A stretch of DNA of 64,000 nt. It comes from Tetramitus jugosus. Taxonomy: Eukaryota; Protista; Heterolobosea. Positions 35,341 to 45,153 of this stretch are shown here, in pieces; positions within the stretch are counted from its first letter, which is position 1; every line of letters starts with the position of its first letter. The translations under genes were made by a program, and so were the position numbers. Below the pieces are notes generated by a model. It saw only the letters and a program-made list of their open reading frames with translations, did not search any database and was not told where the DNA came from. The stretch spans positions 310,001 through 374,000 of the forward strand of contig OW569357.1 in the NCBI GenBank assembly GCA_937625935.1. The letters run 5' to 3'.

Positions 35341-36513
35341 ATGCTTCGGTTGGAGACAGAGTTCATCACATCAGATCTTCAATTCAGTAAGTTTGATGAA
35401 AAAGGGTTGCTCGGTATCACATCTGATACATTTGATACAAAATATGTTGGTCAACTGAGTTACTACCGATTCTCCGCAAGTGGTCAACTGGATGAAATAC
35501 AGTCTGTGGGATTACCGACAGGTGGTGTAGGCATGGCACAATCCTCACGGTACAGTACTTTTCTGTTAACAGCGCACACTGACCCTGTGCTTCGCTTATG
35601 GAACTTGGATCAACTGACACAACCGGTGAAGCGCTACACGTTCCATAACATGTCGGCAGAAGATGTGCAGGTGTCTCCTTTTGATGGTGAGGAGTTTCTC
35701 AGCTGTTCCAAGGACAGTAGTTTTGCGCTGTGGACGATGACACAGAGCGAACCAATATTTGCAAGTACGAATGAGGCCTCATTTCCCTTCCTGTCATCGC
35801 AGTATCATCCGCAGAATCCTTCATTGTTCGTTGCAGCACCCATGGATGGACGATTGGAGTTGTGGGATCGCAAGGAATTGAAACGAATTTATACGGTGAC
35901 ACCGCCAGAAGATTTGATCTTCTCTTGTATGGCCTTCAATGCATACAATGAGTTCATGCTGTCGGTGGCTGATGAATACGGCCATGTGTACATTTGGGAT
36001 CTAAGGCAACTCAAGAAACCAGTCTATCATTTTCAGGCGCACGGATTAGCCGTATGTCAAATGAAGTTTAATCCACACGATGAGAAATTGATGGGTACAG
36101 CCAGCACAGACTCGCATTTTCATCTGTGGTACGTCGAAGGTAACTCTAGGCACAACCGGAAGACGAAAGCAAACGATCGAAGACCCTCTTCTGATTTACT
36201 GGAGGAATCAGAAGCAGCCAATGCCATAAGTGGCATGGACAATAGCATGGAGAATGTTGATGTTCAGTGCTTGAAGTCATTCAAGACACACAACTTGCCT
36301 ATTACGACATGGGATTGGAGTGTACATGAGTTGGGCTTGCTAGCAGATGCAGGTAGTGATTATAGTTTGTTTGTTTGGAATTTTGTGAACAGTTCCTTTG
36401 ACGATGATGAATCACAAAGTGATGTCACCAATTTGACAAACATCGGAAGCAATGAATCATCATCGCGCAATCATGCATCTCCCTCCCATACATCCTCATC
36501 GCCATCCTCGTAA
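35341..36513 (+). CDS. WD40 protein, divergent PEX7-like
   Basis: Repeated WD units (IWDLRQLKKPVYHFQAHGLAVCQMKFNPHD; DWSVHELGLLADAG) in a PEX7-like order. The WD40 call is firm, the PEX7 affinity is tentative. Confidence 0.75.
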   Translation: MLRLETEFITSDLQFSKFDEKGLLGITSDTFDTKYVGQLSYYRFSASGQLDEIQSVGLPTGGVGMAQSSRYSTFLLTAHTDPVLRLWNLDQLTQPVKRYTFHNMSAEDVQVSPFDGEEFLSCSKDSSFALWTMTQSEPIFASTNEASFPFLSSQYHPQNPSLFVAAPMDGRLELWDRKELKRIYTVTPPEDLIFSCMAFNAYNEFMLSVADEYGHVYIWDLRQLKKPVYHFQAHGLAVCQMKFNPHDEKLMGTASTDSHFHLWYVEGNSRHNRKTKANDRRPSSDLLEESEAANAISGMDNSMENVDVQCLKSFKTHNLPITTWDWSVHELGLLADAGSDYSLFVWNFVNSSFDDDESQSDVTNLTNIGSNESSSRNHASPSHTSSSPSS

Positions 36514-36642
36514 GAATCTCCTCTAATTCTCCCCCATCATTATCGCACAACATAAGACAACAACAACAATAATAATTATAAAGATCACAAAAATATATGG
36601 AAATTGATGTGTATGAGAAGTATCCACAGACTATTAACTCAT

Positions 36643-37368
36643 CTAACCAACCATACTCCTCTTTCTACCTCTCTGTTGTACCTGTTCCAATTTGGCTAAC
36701 ACTTGCGTGGCATTCTTACCCATCTTCTTGGCATATCCGCCCAACAATTTCTCAAACAATCTTTCAGAGTTGGGATGAGTGCTGAGCATTGCTCTCTCTA
36801 GCACATAGAGATCCACTGCCTTATCTTCCACCATGGTCGACACATAACTCAATCCAAAATCAATCATTACAAACAACTTTGGATCACTGTTCCTCAACAT
36901 CATGTTCGAAGTGGTTAAATCGCCATGAATAATATTACCACTGTGCAACACAGCAATACTCTCACCAATTTTTTCTGCCAATTGCAAATCCACCATCACC
37001 ATTGCATCATTCTTACTACTCTCATCAGTATTATTATTGTTATTGTTCGTTGCGCCGCTGATTAATGGTTGCTTGTCGTGATGATCCAACAAAAATTGTT
37101 TCACAGTGCAACCATGCACCAACTCCATAAAGATCTCTCCAGTATTGACATCTACATGATATAGTGTCGGTGTTTCTACGCCTAATTGCCTTGCTTTCAC
37201 AGTGTTTTTTGCTTCTTGAGCCAATCGCTTCTGATTGATTCGTTGATCAAGTGTAGGATGTCTGTATTTCTTGCTGAATCTTTCCTTGACTATTGTGTCT
37301 TTGCCTAGGAATTGACACGAGTACACTCTTGCTTCAGCACCCTGTTTGATCAGTTGTTTGTTCTCCAT
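36643..37368 (-). CDS. BUD32: KEOPS complex kinase Bud32/PRPK
   Basis: KQGAEA, KERFSKKYRHPTLD, IIHGDLTTSN, IDFGLS, EDKAVDLYVLERA, RGRKRSMVG C-terminus. ATG at 37368. Confidence 0.96.
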   Translation of the reverse strand: MENKQLIKQGAEARVYSCQFLGKDTIVKERFSKKYRHPTLDQRINQKRLAQEAKNTVKARQLGVETPTLYHVDVNTGEIFMELVHGCTVKQFLLDHHDKQPLISGATNNNNNNTDESSKNDAMVMVDLQLAEKIGESIAVLHSGNIIHGDLTTSNMMLRNSDPKLFVMIDFGLSYVSTMVEDKAVDLYVLERAMLSTHPNSERLFEKLLGGYAKKMGKNATQVLAKLEQVQQRGRKRSMVG

Positions 37369-37500
37369 TTTTTGGTGGTGTTTTTGCTGACGGAACTCGG
37401 GATTTCGGGAGAATGTGCACCTTTTTCTCAGCGCCAATTCGTTTAACTGGCAAATACTAAGTACGCTGCCCCGACAAATCTTGACCGTGAGTTACAATAA

Positions 37501-38037
37501 CTGAAGAAACAAGGTATTAAGGATGAAGGTGACAGTCTCCCTCATGAAACCTTTTGTTTCACAAGAGACATTTCTTTTCCAATCTCCTTCCGTGAAAACA
37601 CTAAGGAGATGTTTGCCTACATCCAGGAATGGCAACCCAAGGACAATGGTGACAATAACGAAGCCGAAACGGGTGATCGAGATGAGGAAGAAGGGCCATG
37701 GATGATTGGTAATAAATCTAACTCAATGGAGGAGAAGTGGGACAGCTACTGCGATCGAGAAAAGAAGCAAATCTATTTTGCACATAGTTGGACTGGATCA
37801 CTCATGTACAGAGTACGTGAATGGCTCATTGGAAATGAATTTTTGGGCTTAATGTATCCATTGTGGCTGCCGGAAGTTCCACAGTGGACCAGCGACACAA
37901 CGTTGGCTACTTGGGTGTTTTCTCAGTGTGGTAGTCGAGGAATATTTGTTGCAGAGCATCCCTTTAACCAAGAAAAGTTTCACACAACACTTTTCAAAAC
38001 TTCAAACACCACTCGCGTTTCCTACACGTACCACTAG
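37501..38037 (+). pseudogene. Short or decayed ORF with a MEEKW...YFAHSWTG motif (uncharacterised family)
   Basis: The frame is open 37501-38037 with the first ATG at 37609 and in-frame stops upstream. The motif recalls the MEDKW...FHRSWTG hypothetical proteins of bacteria and fungi. Confidence 0.35.
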
Positions 38038-38082
38038 TTGAAGCAACTCGCAGGTTTGACCTATTCCCACACGAATGCACAA

Positions 38083-39033
38083 ATGACTTCTCAATTTTCT
38101 GATGCCTTCTCCCGCTCAATCACCTCCTCCGCCTGCGAACAACTGGAACAACAAGGTTACGTCATCATCGATCGCATGTTCGGTTCCCAACAATCGCAAT
38201 TATTTTTGGAGGAAATGAACTTTCTAATGGACAATGGGTTTGTCAAGCCCAACAAGACTCAATTTGCCACTCCAGAAGGTGCCGTAGCTCTGTTCACAAA
38301 GCCCAACATTTATGAACTGGATTTGCATGATGTGAATATTCGAAAGATGCTCACTGAATTTAATGAATTGTTTGACAGAGGTGGAGATGACTTGGTGAGT
38401 GCACTCAATCATCATTTACCATGTTTACAATTGGTTAGTGGACCAAATGGTAAGACAATTAAGCTACAGATCAATAAGGGCAATGGTGGATGCTTTCCGC
38501 ATCATTATGATAATCCAGGAAGACCAAATAAGCGTCAATTGACATGTCTATTGTACTTGAACAAGGATTGGAAGAATGGTGATGGAGGAGAGCTACAATT
38601 GACACCCTTCTTGGGTAAAAAGGTGATTATTGAACCGTTGTTTGATCGATTTGTCATCTTTTATAGTGATCGAGTGTTGCATCGGGTGTTGCCAGCTGTT
38701 GCGATGCGTCACTGCTTTACGATTTGGATCGATGGTTCGCAGACAAACACGGATGACGATGTGTTGTTGAAAGCAAAGCATATTGATGCGAGTGAACAAG
38801 GTTTTATGCAATCGGTGGAAGCGTTGCGTCGATCGCCGCTACAGAGAGTTCTCTCTCGGTCCATTTATGCTGAAGAGTATGAACAATCGTTGCGAGAGTG
38901 TATGCAAGACAGTGACGGAGGAGATGTGATGATATCGGCACATCGTTTGCACTTGCGTGCTGCCTCTGCCAATCCAAGGTTACAAGCTTTTGTGGACAGA
39001 TGCAGACAGTATCGACAAGAGAATGACTGTTAA
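38083..39033 (+). CDS. 2-oxoglutarate/Fe(II) dioxygenase, EGLN/PHD prolyl-hydroxylase-like
   Basis: HYDNP (HxD), RQLTCLLYLNKDW, DGGELQL, IEPLFDRFVIFYSD, LHRVLP and the distal Arg (RHCFTIW). Confidence 0.88.
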   Translation: MTSQFSDAFSRSITSSACEQLEQQGYVIIDRMFGSQQSQLFLEEMNFLMDNGFVKPNKTQFATPEGAVALFTKPNIYELDLHDVNIRKMLTEFNELFDRGGDDLVSALNHHLPCLQLVSGPNGKTIKLQINKGNGGCFPHHYDNPGRPNKRQLTCLLYLNKDWKNGDGGELQLTPFLGKKVIIEPLFDRFVIFYSDRVLHRVLPAVAMRHCFTIWIDGSQTNTDDDVLLKAKHIDASEQGFMQSVEALRRSPLQRVLSRSIYAEEYEQSLRECMQDSDGGDVMISAHRLHLRAASANPRLQAFVDRCRQYRQENDC

Positions 39034-39089
39034 GCGTTCGTTTGTAAGATGATTACAGATCTTTCTGACAGAAGTAACTTCTAATTCTT

Positions 39090-40616
39090 TTATCCCTTGA
39101 GAACATGACGTTGAGTGAGAATGATGATAATCACAGATCCCAATAAAGCTCCCATTTGAATTGCCAGACCAGCGATACGGAAGGGACTAACTTCGATTCG
39201 CTCGTAAATCTTCTTCTTGTTCTCAGAGACCTTTTGTTTTTCATGAGAAGTCCACTTGCTTACCTCGTTATGCATCAACAGCCACTCGGAAGTCTTTCCA
39301 AATGCCATGAGTACTCTTGTGACAATTGATATGATCACTAGACCAATGCCCATGCCCAGAGATCCAGATCTTGGAGATCTTGGATTCAACAGTGCCACGA
39401 TGAACTGGAAGATTGAAAGAGCCATCCAAAGAAAGTGGATTGGCCATGCCACATACCACTTGAAGATCGGTTCACAAAAGTATGCCAACAAGCAACAGAA
39501 TGGATCGAATATCTGTGTCAGCAAGATTGAGTATCGCAATAGATCCACACTGTGTGGATACGCATTGAAAATGTAAGGTCCTATCGACACCAGAATACCA
39601 TTCTGAACAAAACTCATGACTCCTTGAACTGCAATCAACCGGAGAGAAAATCCCACCTTTCTCCAAGTCGAATATACAATGGGTTCCATCTTGGGAACTG
39701 GACTTTCAGCTTGCTCCTGTTGAGCCGAGTGGTCATGCGAAACTAAAACATCGCCTTCGCTTGGTGACAATGGATTGTGTTCAATCATTTCTCGTTTACA
39801 ATAAGGCAGGAATCTAACGAGCAAGAAGGCAATGCCACTCAATGCCACCAACAAACTCATCAGCAATGCAAACACAGAGAAAGGAAACAATGGTTTCTTT
39901 CCAGGTTGCATAATCAATCCAATAATACCTGCGACGAGAGCTGTAGACCCTTCTCCAATCGACAGAGCAGTCGTGTAATATGATGTATAATGCGAAATAA
40001 AGGGCCAATAAACAACAGAAGACGTACAGTCAACAGCACCAACGATAAACACCAACACAAGGAACGCAACCGATCTTTTCTGGCCATTGAATACTGATAT
40101 CTTATCCCAAAGGAAAGCCAACAGCACACAAGCCACAAAACCAACAACTAACAGCAGTATAATAATAAAGGAATCGATATGAAACCTCACTCGTCTCCAA
40201 GGAGTCAAACAAGCCAGTATGAACAGAAAAAAGGGAAACACATTGGCCAACTGGAGTGCAAAATTCATGTCTGCAGCAATCGCATAGCTCTCTGGCAGTT
40301 TGAGCATAAACAGGGGAAGGCACGTGTACAAGCCATTGACAACAATCCACGAGCTCAATCCAAATAGTACAACCAACACAAACACAAAAATGTTTGGTCG
40401 TTGTTTCTTGTAGGACGATGATCCGCCCATCTTTAAGTTCTCTTGTTGCTCTTGAGATGACGACGAGGAATGATGGTTCGAGTTTGTAGTATCTGTTACC
40501 ATGTCAGGAAAGACATCACTCACTTCAGCTGTTGTATACCGTGTTGTGGTTGGATCGTGATCCTCTGAGAATGATTCACTCTGAATGTTGCTCGTTGAGC
40601 TACGTTGGATTTTCAT
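39090..40616 (-). CDS. SLC52-family riboflavin transporter
   Basis: FGLSSWIVVNG, LPESY, QLANVFP, VDCTSSVVYWPF and GEG motifs; about 11 TM segments. Confidence 0.85.
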   Translation of the reverse strand: MKIQRSSTSNIQSESFSEDHDPTTTRYTTAEVSDVFPDMVTDTTNSNHHSSSSSQEQQENLKMGGSSSYKKQRPNIFVFVLVVLFGLSSWIVVNGLYTCLPLFMLKLPESYAIAADMNFALQLANVFPFFLFILACLTPWRRVRFHIDSFIIILLLVVGFVACVLLAFLWDKISVFNGQKRSVAFLVLVFIVGAVDCTSSVVYWPFISHYTSYYTTALSIGEGSTALVAGIIGLIMQPGKKPLFPFSVFALLMSLLVALSGIAFLLVRFLPYCKREMIEHNPLSPSEGDVLVSHDHSAQQEQAESPVPKMEPIVYSTWRKVGFSLRLIAVQGVMSFVQNGILVSIGPYIFNAYPHSVDLLRYSILLTQIFDPFCCLLAYFCEPIFKWYVAWPIHFLWMALSIFQFIVALLNPRSPRSGSLGMGIGLVIISIVTRVLMAFGKTSEWLLMHNEVSKWTSHEKQKVSENKKKIYERIEVSPFRIAGLAIQMGALLGSVIIIILTQRHVLKG

Positions 40617-40860
40617 GATGTCGGAGTGAAATATTTATGGCACCTGTATATAAATATGATGTATGTTGAGTTCGTTTGTGTGGATATGTTTCAAAAGCAG
40701 ATCCCAACACAAAAGCACAGAACTTCTTAAATACTCGCGGATTGGTCCAAAACCTTCGTCGGCCAAAAAAAATTATTACCCATTGGAAACACACGTGCGC
40801 TTGCGGACAAAAGAAACTGGACAAGTGTTTTGTGTAAAGTGGATTTATTGATTAAAGTAT

Positions 40861-42670
40861 TTAGCAGTGGATAGCCTTGCCCTCTGAAGCCATCAAAGCA
40901 GCTTCCTTGACTGCTTCACTCAGAGTTGGATGAGCGTGGCAGGTTCTGGCAATATCTTCAGCAGATGCACCATACTCCAAAGCCAAGACAGCCTCAGCAA
41001 TTTGTTCACCAGCATTTGGTCCGATGATGTGGATACCGTAGACCTTGTCGGTTTCCTTGTCGGCAAGAACCTTGACGAAACCTTCAGCTTCATCGTTGGT
41101 TCTAGCTCTAGAGTTAGCCAAGAATGGGAACTTACCAACCTTGTAGGCAATACCCTTTTGCTTGAGTTCTTCTTCAGAGAAACCAACATTGGCAACTTCA
41201 GGGTTAGTGTAGATGACGGATGGGATAGCGTTGTAGTTGACGTGACCCTTCTTTCCGGCAATGGTCTCAACAACAGCAATACCTTCTTCTTCAGCCTTGT
41301 GAGCCAACATAGGTCCAGTGATCACATCACCAATACCCCAGACACCTTCAACACCAGTGCTCAAGTGTTCGTCGACAACAATTCTGCCTCTCTCGTCCTT
41401 CTTGACACCAACACTCTCCAATCCCAAGTTGTCAGTGTATGGCTTTCTGCCAATGGAGACAAGCATGACATCAGCGGTCAAGGTTTGCTTCTCACCACCC
41501 TTTGCAGGCTCAATGGTCAAAGAGACACCAGAGTCAGTCTTATCAGCAGCAACAACCTTGGTGCCCAACATGAACTTCATTCCTTGCTTCTCCAAGACCT
41601 TTTGGAAAGTCTTACCGACTTCAGCGTCCAAGAATGGAGTGATTCTGTCCAAGAACTCGACAACGACGACTTCAGTGCCCAATCTGCTCCACACGGAACC
41701 CATTTCCAAACCAATGACACCAGCACCAATGATGAACATCTTCTTTGGAGCTTGTTCCATGGACAAGGCACCAGTGGAAGAAACAATTCTCTTCTCATCA
41801 AATGGCAAGAATGGCAATGGAGTTGGTTCAGATCCAGTAGCAATCACAATATTCTTTGCAAAAATCTTCTCTTGCTTTCCGTCCATGGTCTCAACAGTAA
41901 TCTCCTGGTTTGCAGTGATCTTTCCGTGACCCTTGACATATGTGACACCATTCTTCTTGAACAATTGCTCAATACCCTTGGTCAATCCAGTGACAGCCTG
42001 TTCCTTCTTCTTCATCATTGTGTTGACGTCCATCTTGACATTCTCAACAGTGATACCCCACTTCTTAAAGTCGTGGTTAGCACTGTGATACATGTGAGAG
42101 GCGTGCAAGAGAGCCTTAGATGGGATGCAACCGACATTGAGGCATGTACCACCCAAAGTTCCTCTCTTTTCGATACAGACAGTCTTGAGGCCCAATTGAG
42201 CAGCCTTGATGGCAGCGACGTAGCCACCTGGACCACCACCAATGACAGCAACGTCATGAGCTATCGTTTTTTTTGTTGTTATTAAAGTAGAGAGAGAAAA
42301 AAAGTTGAGTCAGTTCCACTGATCACCATTTGAAAGCTTTTGTGCGTTGTGCAAGATCACGATCTACGGTCGTTGTAGGAGCGGCGACATTTGAATTTTT
42401 TTTCGCACAGAGATACCTTGATGAAAAAAGCTGTGAAACGAGTTTTTTTTTCAAGTACGGAAAAGAAAACTCGTGTAACAATGGATACTTGGGATCTCTA
42501 TTTTGCTCCTACAACAACGACATTTGATCAAATGAGCTTTCTCACACAAGCACAGCAAATGTCGTGTGACATTGACAAAAAAACATACTTGGAGTGGAGT
42601 AGTAACGGATTTGTTGATTTCCAAAAGATTTGTAAGCTGTTTGAGCAAACTTGTTTGATTGTTTGAACAT
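40861..42670 (-). CDS. DLD: Mitochondrial dihydrolipoamide dehydrogenase (exons 42670-42589 and 42260-40861)
   Basis: Exon 1 encodes a presequence MFKQSNKF...QIRYYSTP spliced to THDVAVIGGGPGG. GGTCLNVGCIPSK and HAHPTLSEA are present. Confidence 0.96.
42261..42588 (-). other. 328-nt rod-shaped hairpin intron of DLD
   Basis: GTATGT...GATAG. Nested inverted repeats include a perfect 11-bp pair 42372-42382 / 42505-42515. Confidence 0.9.
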
Positions 42671-42867
42671 TTTTCTCGTGTGTTTGTTTCCTTAGCGTTT
42701 TGTTTTGTGTTTTGAAATCGAAAACAAAATCTGTAGGGGATTTAAAGCACTCGGAGTTTTTACAGGCGGTAAAAATGGGTCAACTTTGCGGTGGTGTGGC
42801 GTAAGCTGCAATTGTATTCTTGAATTTGACTGGGCAGGTGAACTGTATCTCGATATCAGATCTTGAA

Positions 42868-43386
42868 TTAGAATATAAACTTTGTGAGCATGTAGAGCGA
42901 CCTTATTGTCAATACATGGTGACTCAATGGCTGTTCCTTGTCTATTGCACTCGTTTCTGGAGACAAGAAATAGTTGCTAAAGTTCCACTCTGTTGAGAAA
43001 TGGAACAGAGGAACATTCCACAGCATGTACACAGCATAAACAGAGAATCCATGTCTCAATAAAAGGGACATGAACGTTCCAAATTGTTGGCCAATACGAT
43101 GGCGCCAATTGGCAATGGAAAGCTCCAGAATTTTTTCCTTTTTGGCAATGAGACGTTGCACTTTGGCGTACTTGGCAAATGTATCGACAGCATTCAATCG
43201 AGGCAATGCCCGTTTCAGTGCATTAATCTTCAATTGCTCTTGATAAGAACCGTAGATGCAGTATTTGTAAAGGTAACGATTCCATAGGACATGTAGTAGC
43301 TTACTGATGATTTCAGCGAGTAAGCAAATGAAGCAAACATATTCTACAGGTTTAATTTGATCAATGTGTGTTATTATGTGCCACAT
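42868..43386 (-). CDS. GET1/WRB-like tail-anchored protein insertase; 3' end may include a further exon
   Basis: TM helix, then a coiled coil with NAVDTFAKYAKVQR (GET1 DxFAKWAKxxR pattern), then a TM segment followed by PLF. Confidence 0.7.
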   Translation of the reverse strand: MWHIITHIDQIKPVEYVCFICLLAEIISKLLHVLWNRYLYKYCIYGSYQEQLKINALKRALPRLNAVDTFAKYAKVQRLIAKKEKILELSIANWRHRIGQQFGTFMSLLLRHGFSVYAVYMLWNVPLFHFSTEWNFSNYFLSPETSAIDKEQPLSHHVLTIRSLYMLTKFIF

Positions 43387-43525
43387 GTGTGTGAGTACAG
43401 TTACTGTTGATTGATCGTTGTTCTTGTTTGATTGTGTGAGCGGAGATTTAAGTTACGCGTAACTTCAACAAGTTGTTGGAAAGAAGAAGAACAAGAAAAA
43501 GCAACAACAACGAAAAATTCATAAG

Positions 43526-44761
43526 ATGGCATCGTACGCACCGAGCATTCAAGTCGGTAAAGACAACAACAAGGATCGCATTGACTCATTCATTCAAAAG
43601 CATTTGCTTCCCAGTCTCACTCGTTCTCAGATTGCCAAACTCATTGCAATGAACGCTGTCAAATGCAATACTGTTATTGTTACAAAACCATTGCACAAGA
43701 TTAAGACTGGAGAAACCATTACAATCGATCAAAGAAAGTACCAAGAATTGATGCATTCTCTCAATCCGAACGCTGCACCATCATCGACAAGCAGCAACGC
43801 AGAGCAACAACAATCAGAAGAGTCAATGAACAGTGATGGTGATGCTTCTCAAGCAACAACAAGCGTGGAGAGTTCAACCGCAGCTGTACAACCAGAAGAC
43901 TTACCAATCGAGGTACTGTACGAAGATGAGGACATTGCTGTTGTGAACAAGCCGAGTGGTATGATTGTTCATCCATCTGGAATTCGAAATCGGACGGGTA
44001 CATTGGTCAATGCATTGCTGCATCGATATGGTATTGATCATTTATCGACTTGTGGTATTGAACCAGAGTACTATAGACCAGGTATTGTTCATCGGTTGGA
44101 CAAGGACACGACTGGAGTCATGGTCATTGCAAAGAATGATGCAGCACACAAGGCTCTACAGGAACAATTTGCAAGCAAGAGTGATGAACATTCGAAATTG
44201 AATCGATCTTATATTGCACTTGTTCACAATCATGTCAAGCTGCACAATCAGATTATTGACCTATATATTGCCAGACATAAAACGATGCCTCAAAAGAGAA
44301 TGATCGTTCCACAGAGCTCCGCATTTTCTGTCAATCCGGATGATGAATCCGACGCAAATGGACCAAAAGGACCAAAGCGGGCAATTACAAACTGCAAGGT
44401 GAAAGAGTTGTTTACGGTTGGCAGAGAAAAGTTTTCTTTGGTTGAATTGAAGTTGGCAACAGGAAGGACGCACCAAATCCGTGTTTGTATGGCTCATATC
44501 GAGCATCCAGTTGTTGGCGATATTCTATACAATCCTGCTTTGAAGAAAAAGAAGAATGGAAACAAGAGAGGCAAAGACACTTCAATCCTAGCTCAATTCG
44601 ACAAGGATTTTGCAAACGAGACCCAGATGCTGCATGCAAAGACGCTAGGCTTTGTTCATCCAAGGACACAGCAATTTATGCAGTTCGAAGCACCTTCACC
44701 ACCTCTATTCACAAAAGTCCTTGACACCATTCGAGCAGGAAAGAAGGGCCAACAAGAATGA
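43526..44761 (+). CDS. RluD-like RNA pseudouridine synthase with an S4 domain
   Basis: RIDSFI...TRSQI S4 start, VNKPSGMIVHP, GIVHRLDKDTTG (catalytic Asp), TGRTHQIRV, HPVVGD, LHAKTLGFVHP. Confidence 0.93.
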   Translation: MASYAPSIQVGKDNNKDRIDSFIQKHLLPSLTRSQIAKLIAMNAVKCNTVIVTKPLHKIKTGETITIDQRKYQELMHSLNPNAAPSSTSSNAEQQQSEESMNSDGDASQATTSVESSTAAVQPEDLPIEVLYEDEDIAVVNKPSGMIVHPSGIRNRTGTLVNALLHRYGIDHLSTCGIEPEYYRPGIVHRLDKDTTGVMVIAKNDAAHKALQEQFASKSDEHSKLNRSYIALVHNHVKLHNQIIDLYIARHKTMPQKRMIVPQSSAFSVNPDDESDANGPKGPKRAITNCKVKELFTVGREKFSLVELKLATGRTHQIRVCMAHIEHPVVGDILYNPALKKKKNGNKRGKDTSILAQFDKDFANETQMLHAKTLGFVHPRTQQFMQFEAPSPPLFTKVLDTIRAGKKGQQE

Positions 44762-45153
44762 GCCAACATCGGAAGGATTCTCTCCGACGTCCGTTCAATC
44801 ATCCGTCGACATTGAATCTTGACTCTTGGCTAAACGAAAAATAAAAAACTCCGTTACCAAATAGAATGTTACAATCGGCTTTTGACGTTCGACGTTTCTG
44901 ACACATGACAGAAGTAAGGATTTGTCAACGTTCACACACTGAGGCATCACTCAGCACCTGAGTGAGGGCATGATGGATACGCAAGAAAAGAAACGACGAC
45001 GACATTTCCTCAAGCAACAACAATAACAAACAAAATCCAATTGATTCGTTTAAAAAACAGTTGCAAGTGAGCAAGCATACAACAAACAAGCAAACAACAA
45101 CATATCACCAGTTTGTTTAAACAAAATCAGTCAACAACAACAAGAAAGAGAAA

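Noticed and set aside
40930-42285. 451-aa plus-strand ORF (and a 203-aa ORF) opposite DLD
   Set aside because: Antisense shadow of a highly codon-biased gene; non-ATG start and no recognisable motifs.
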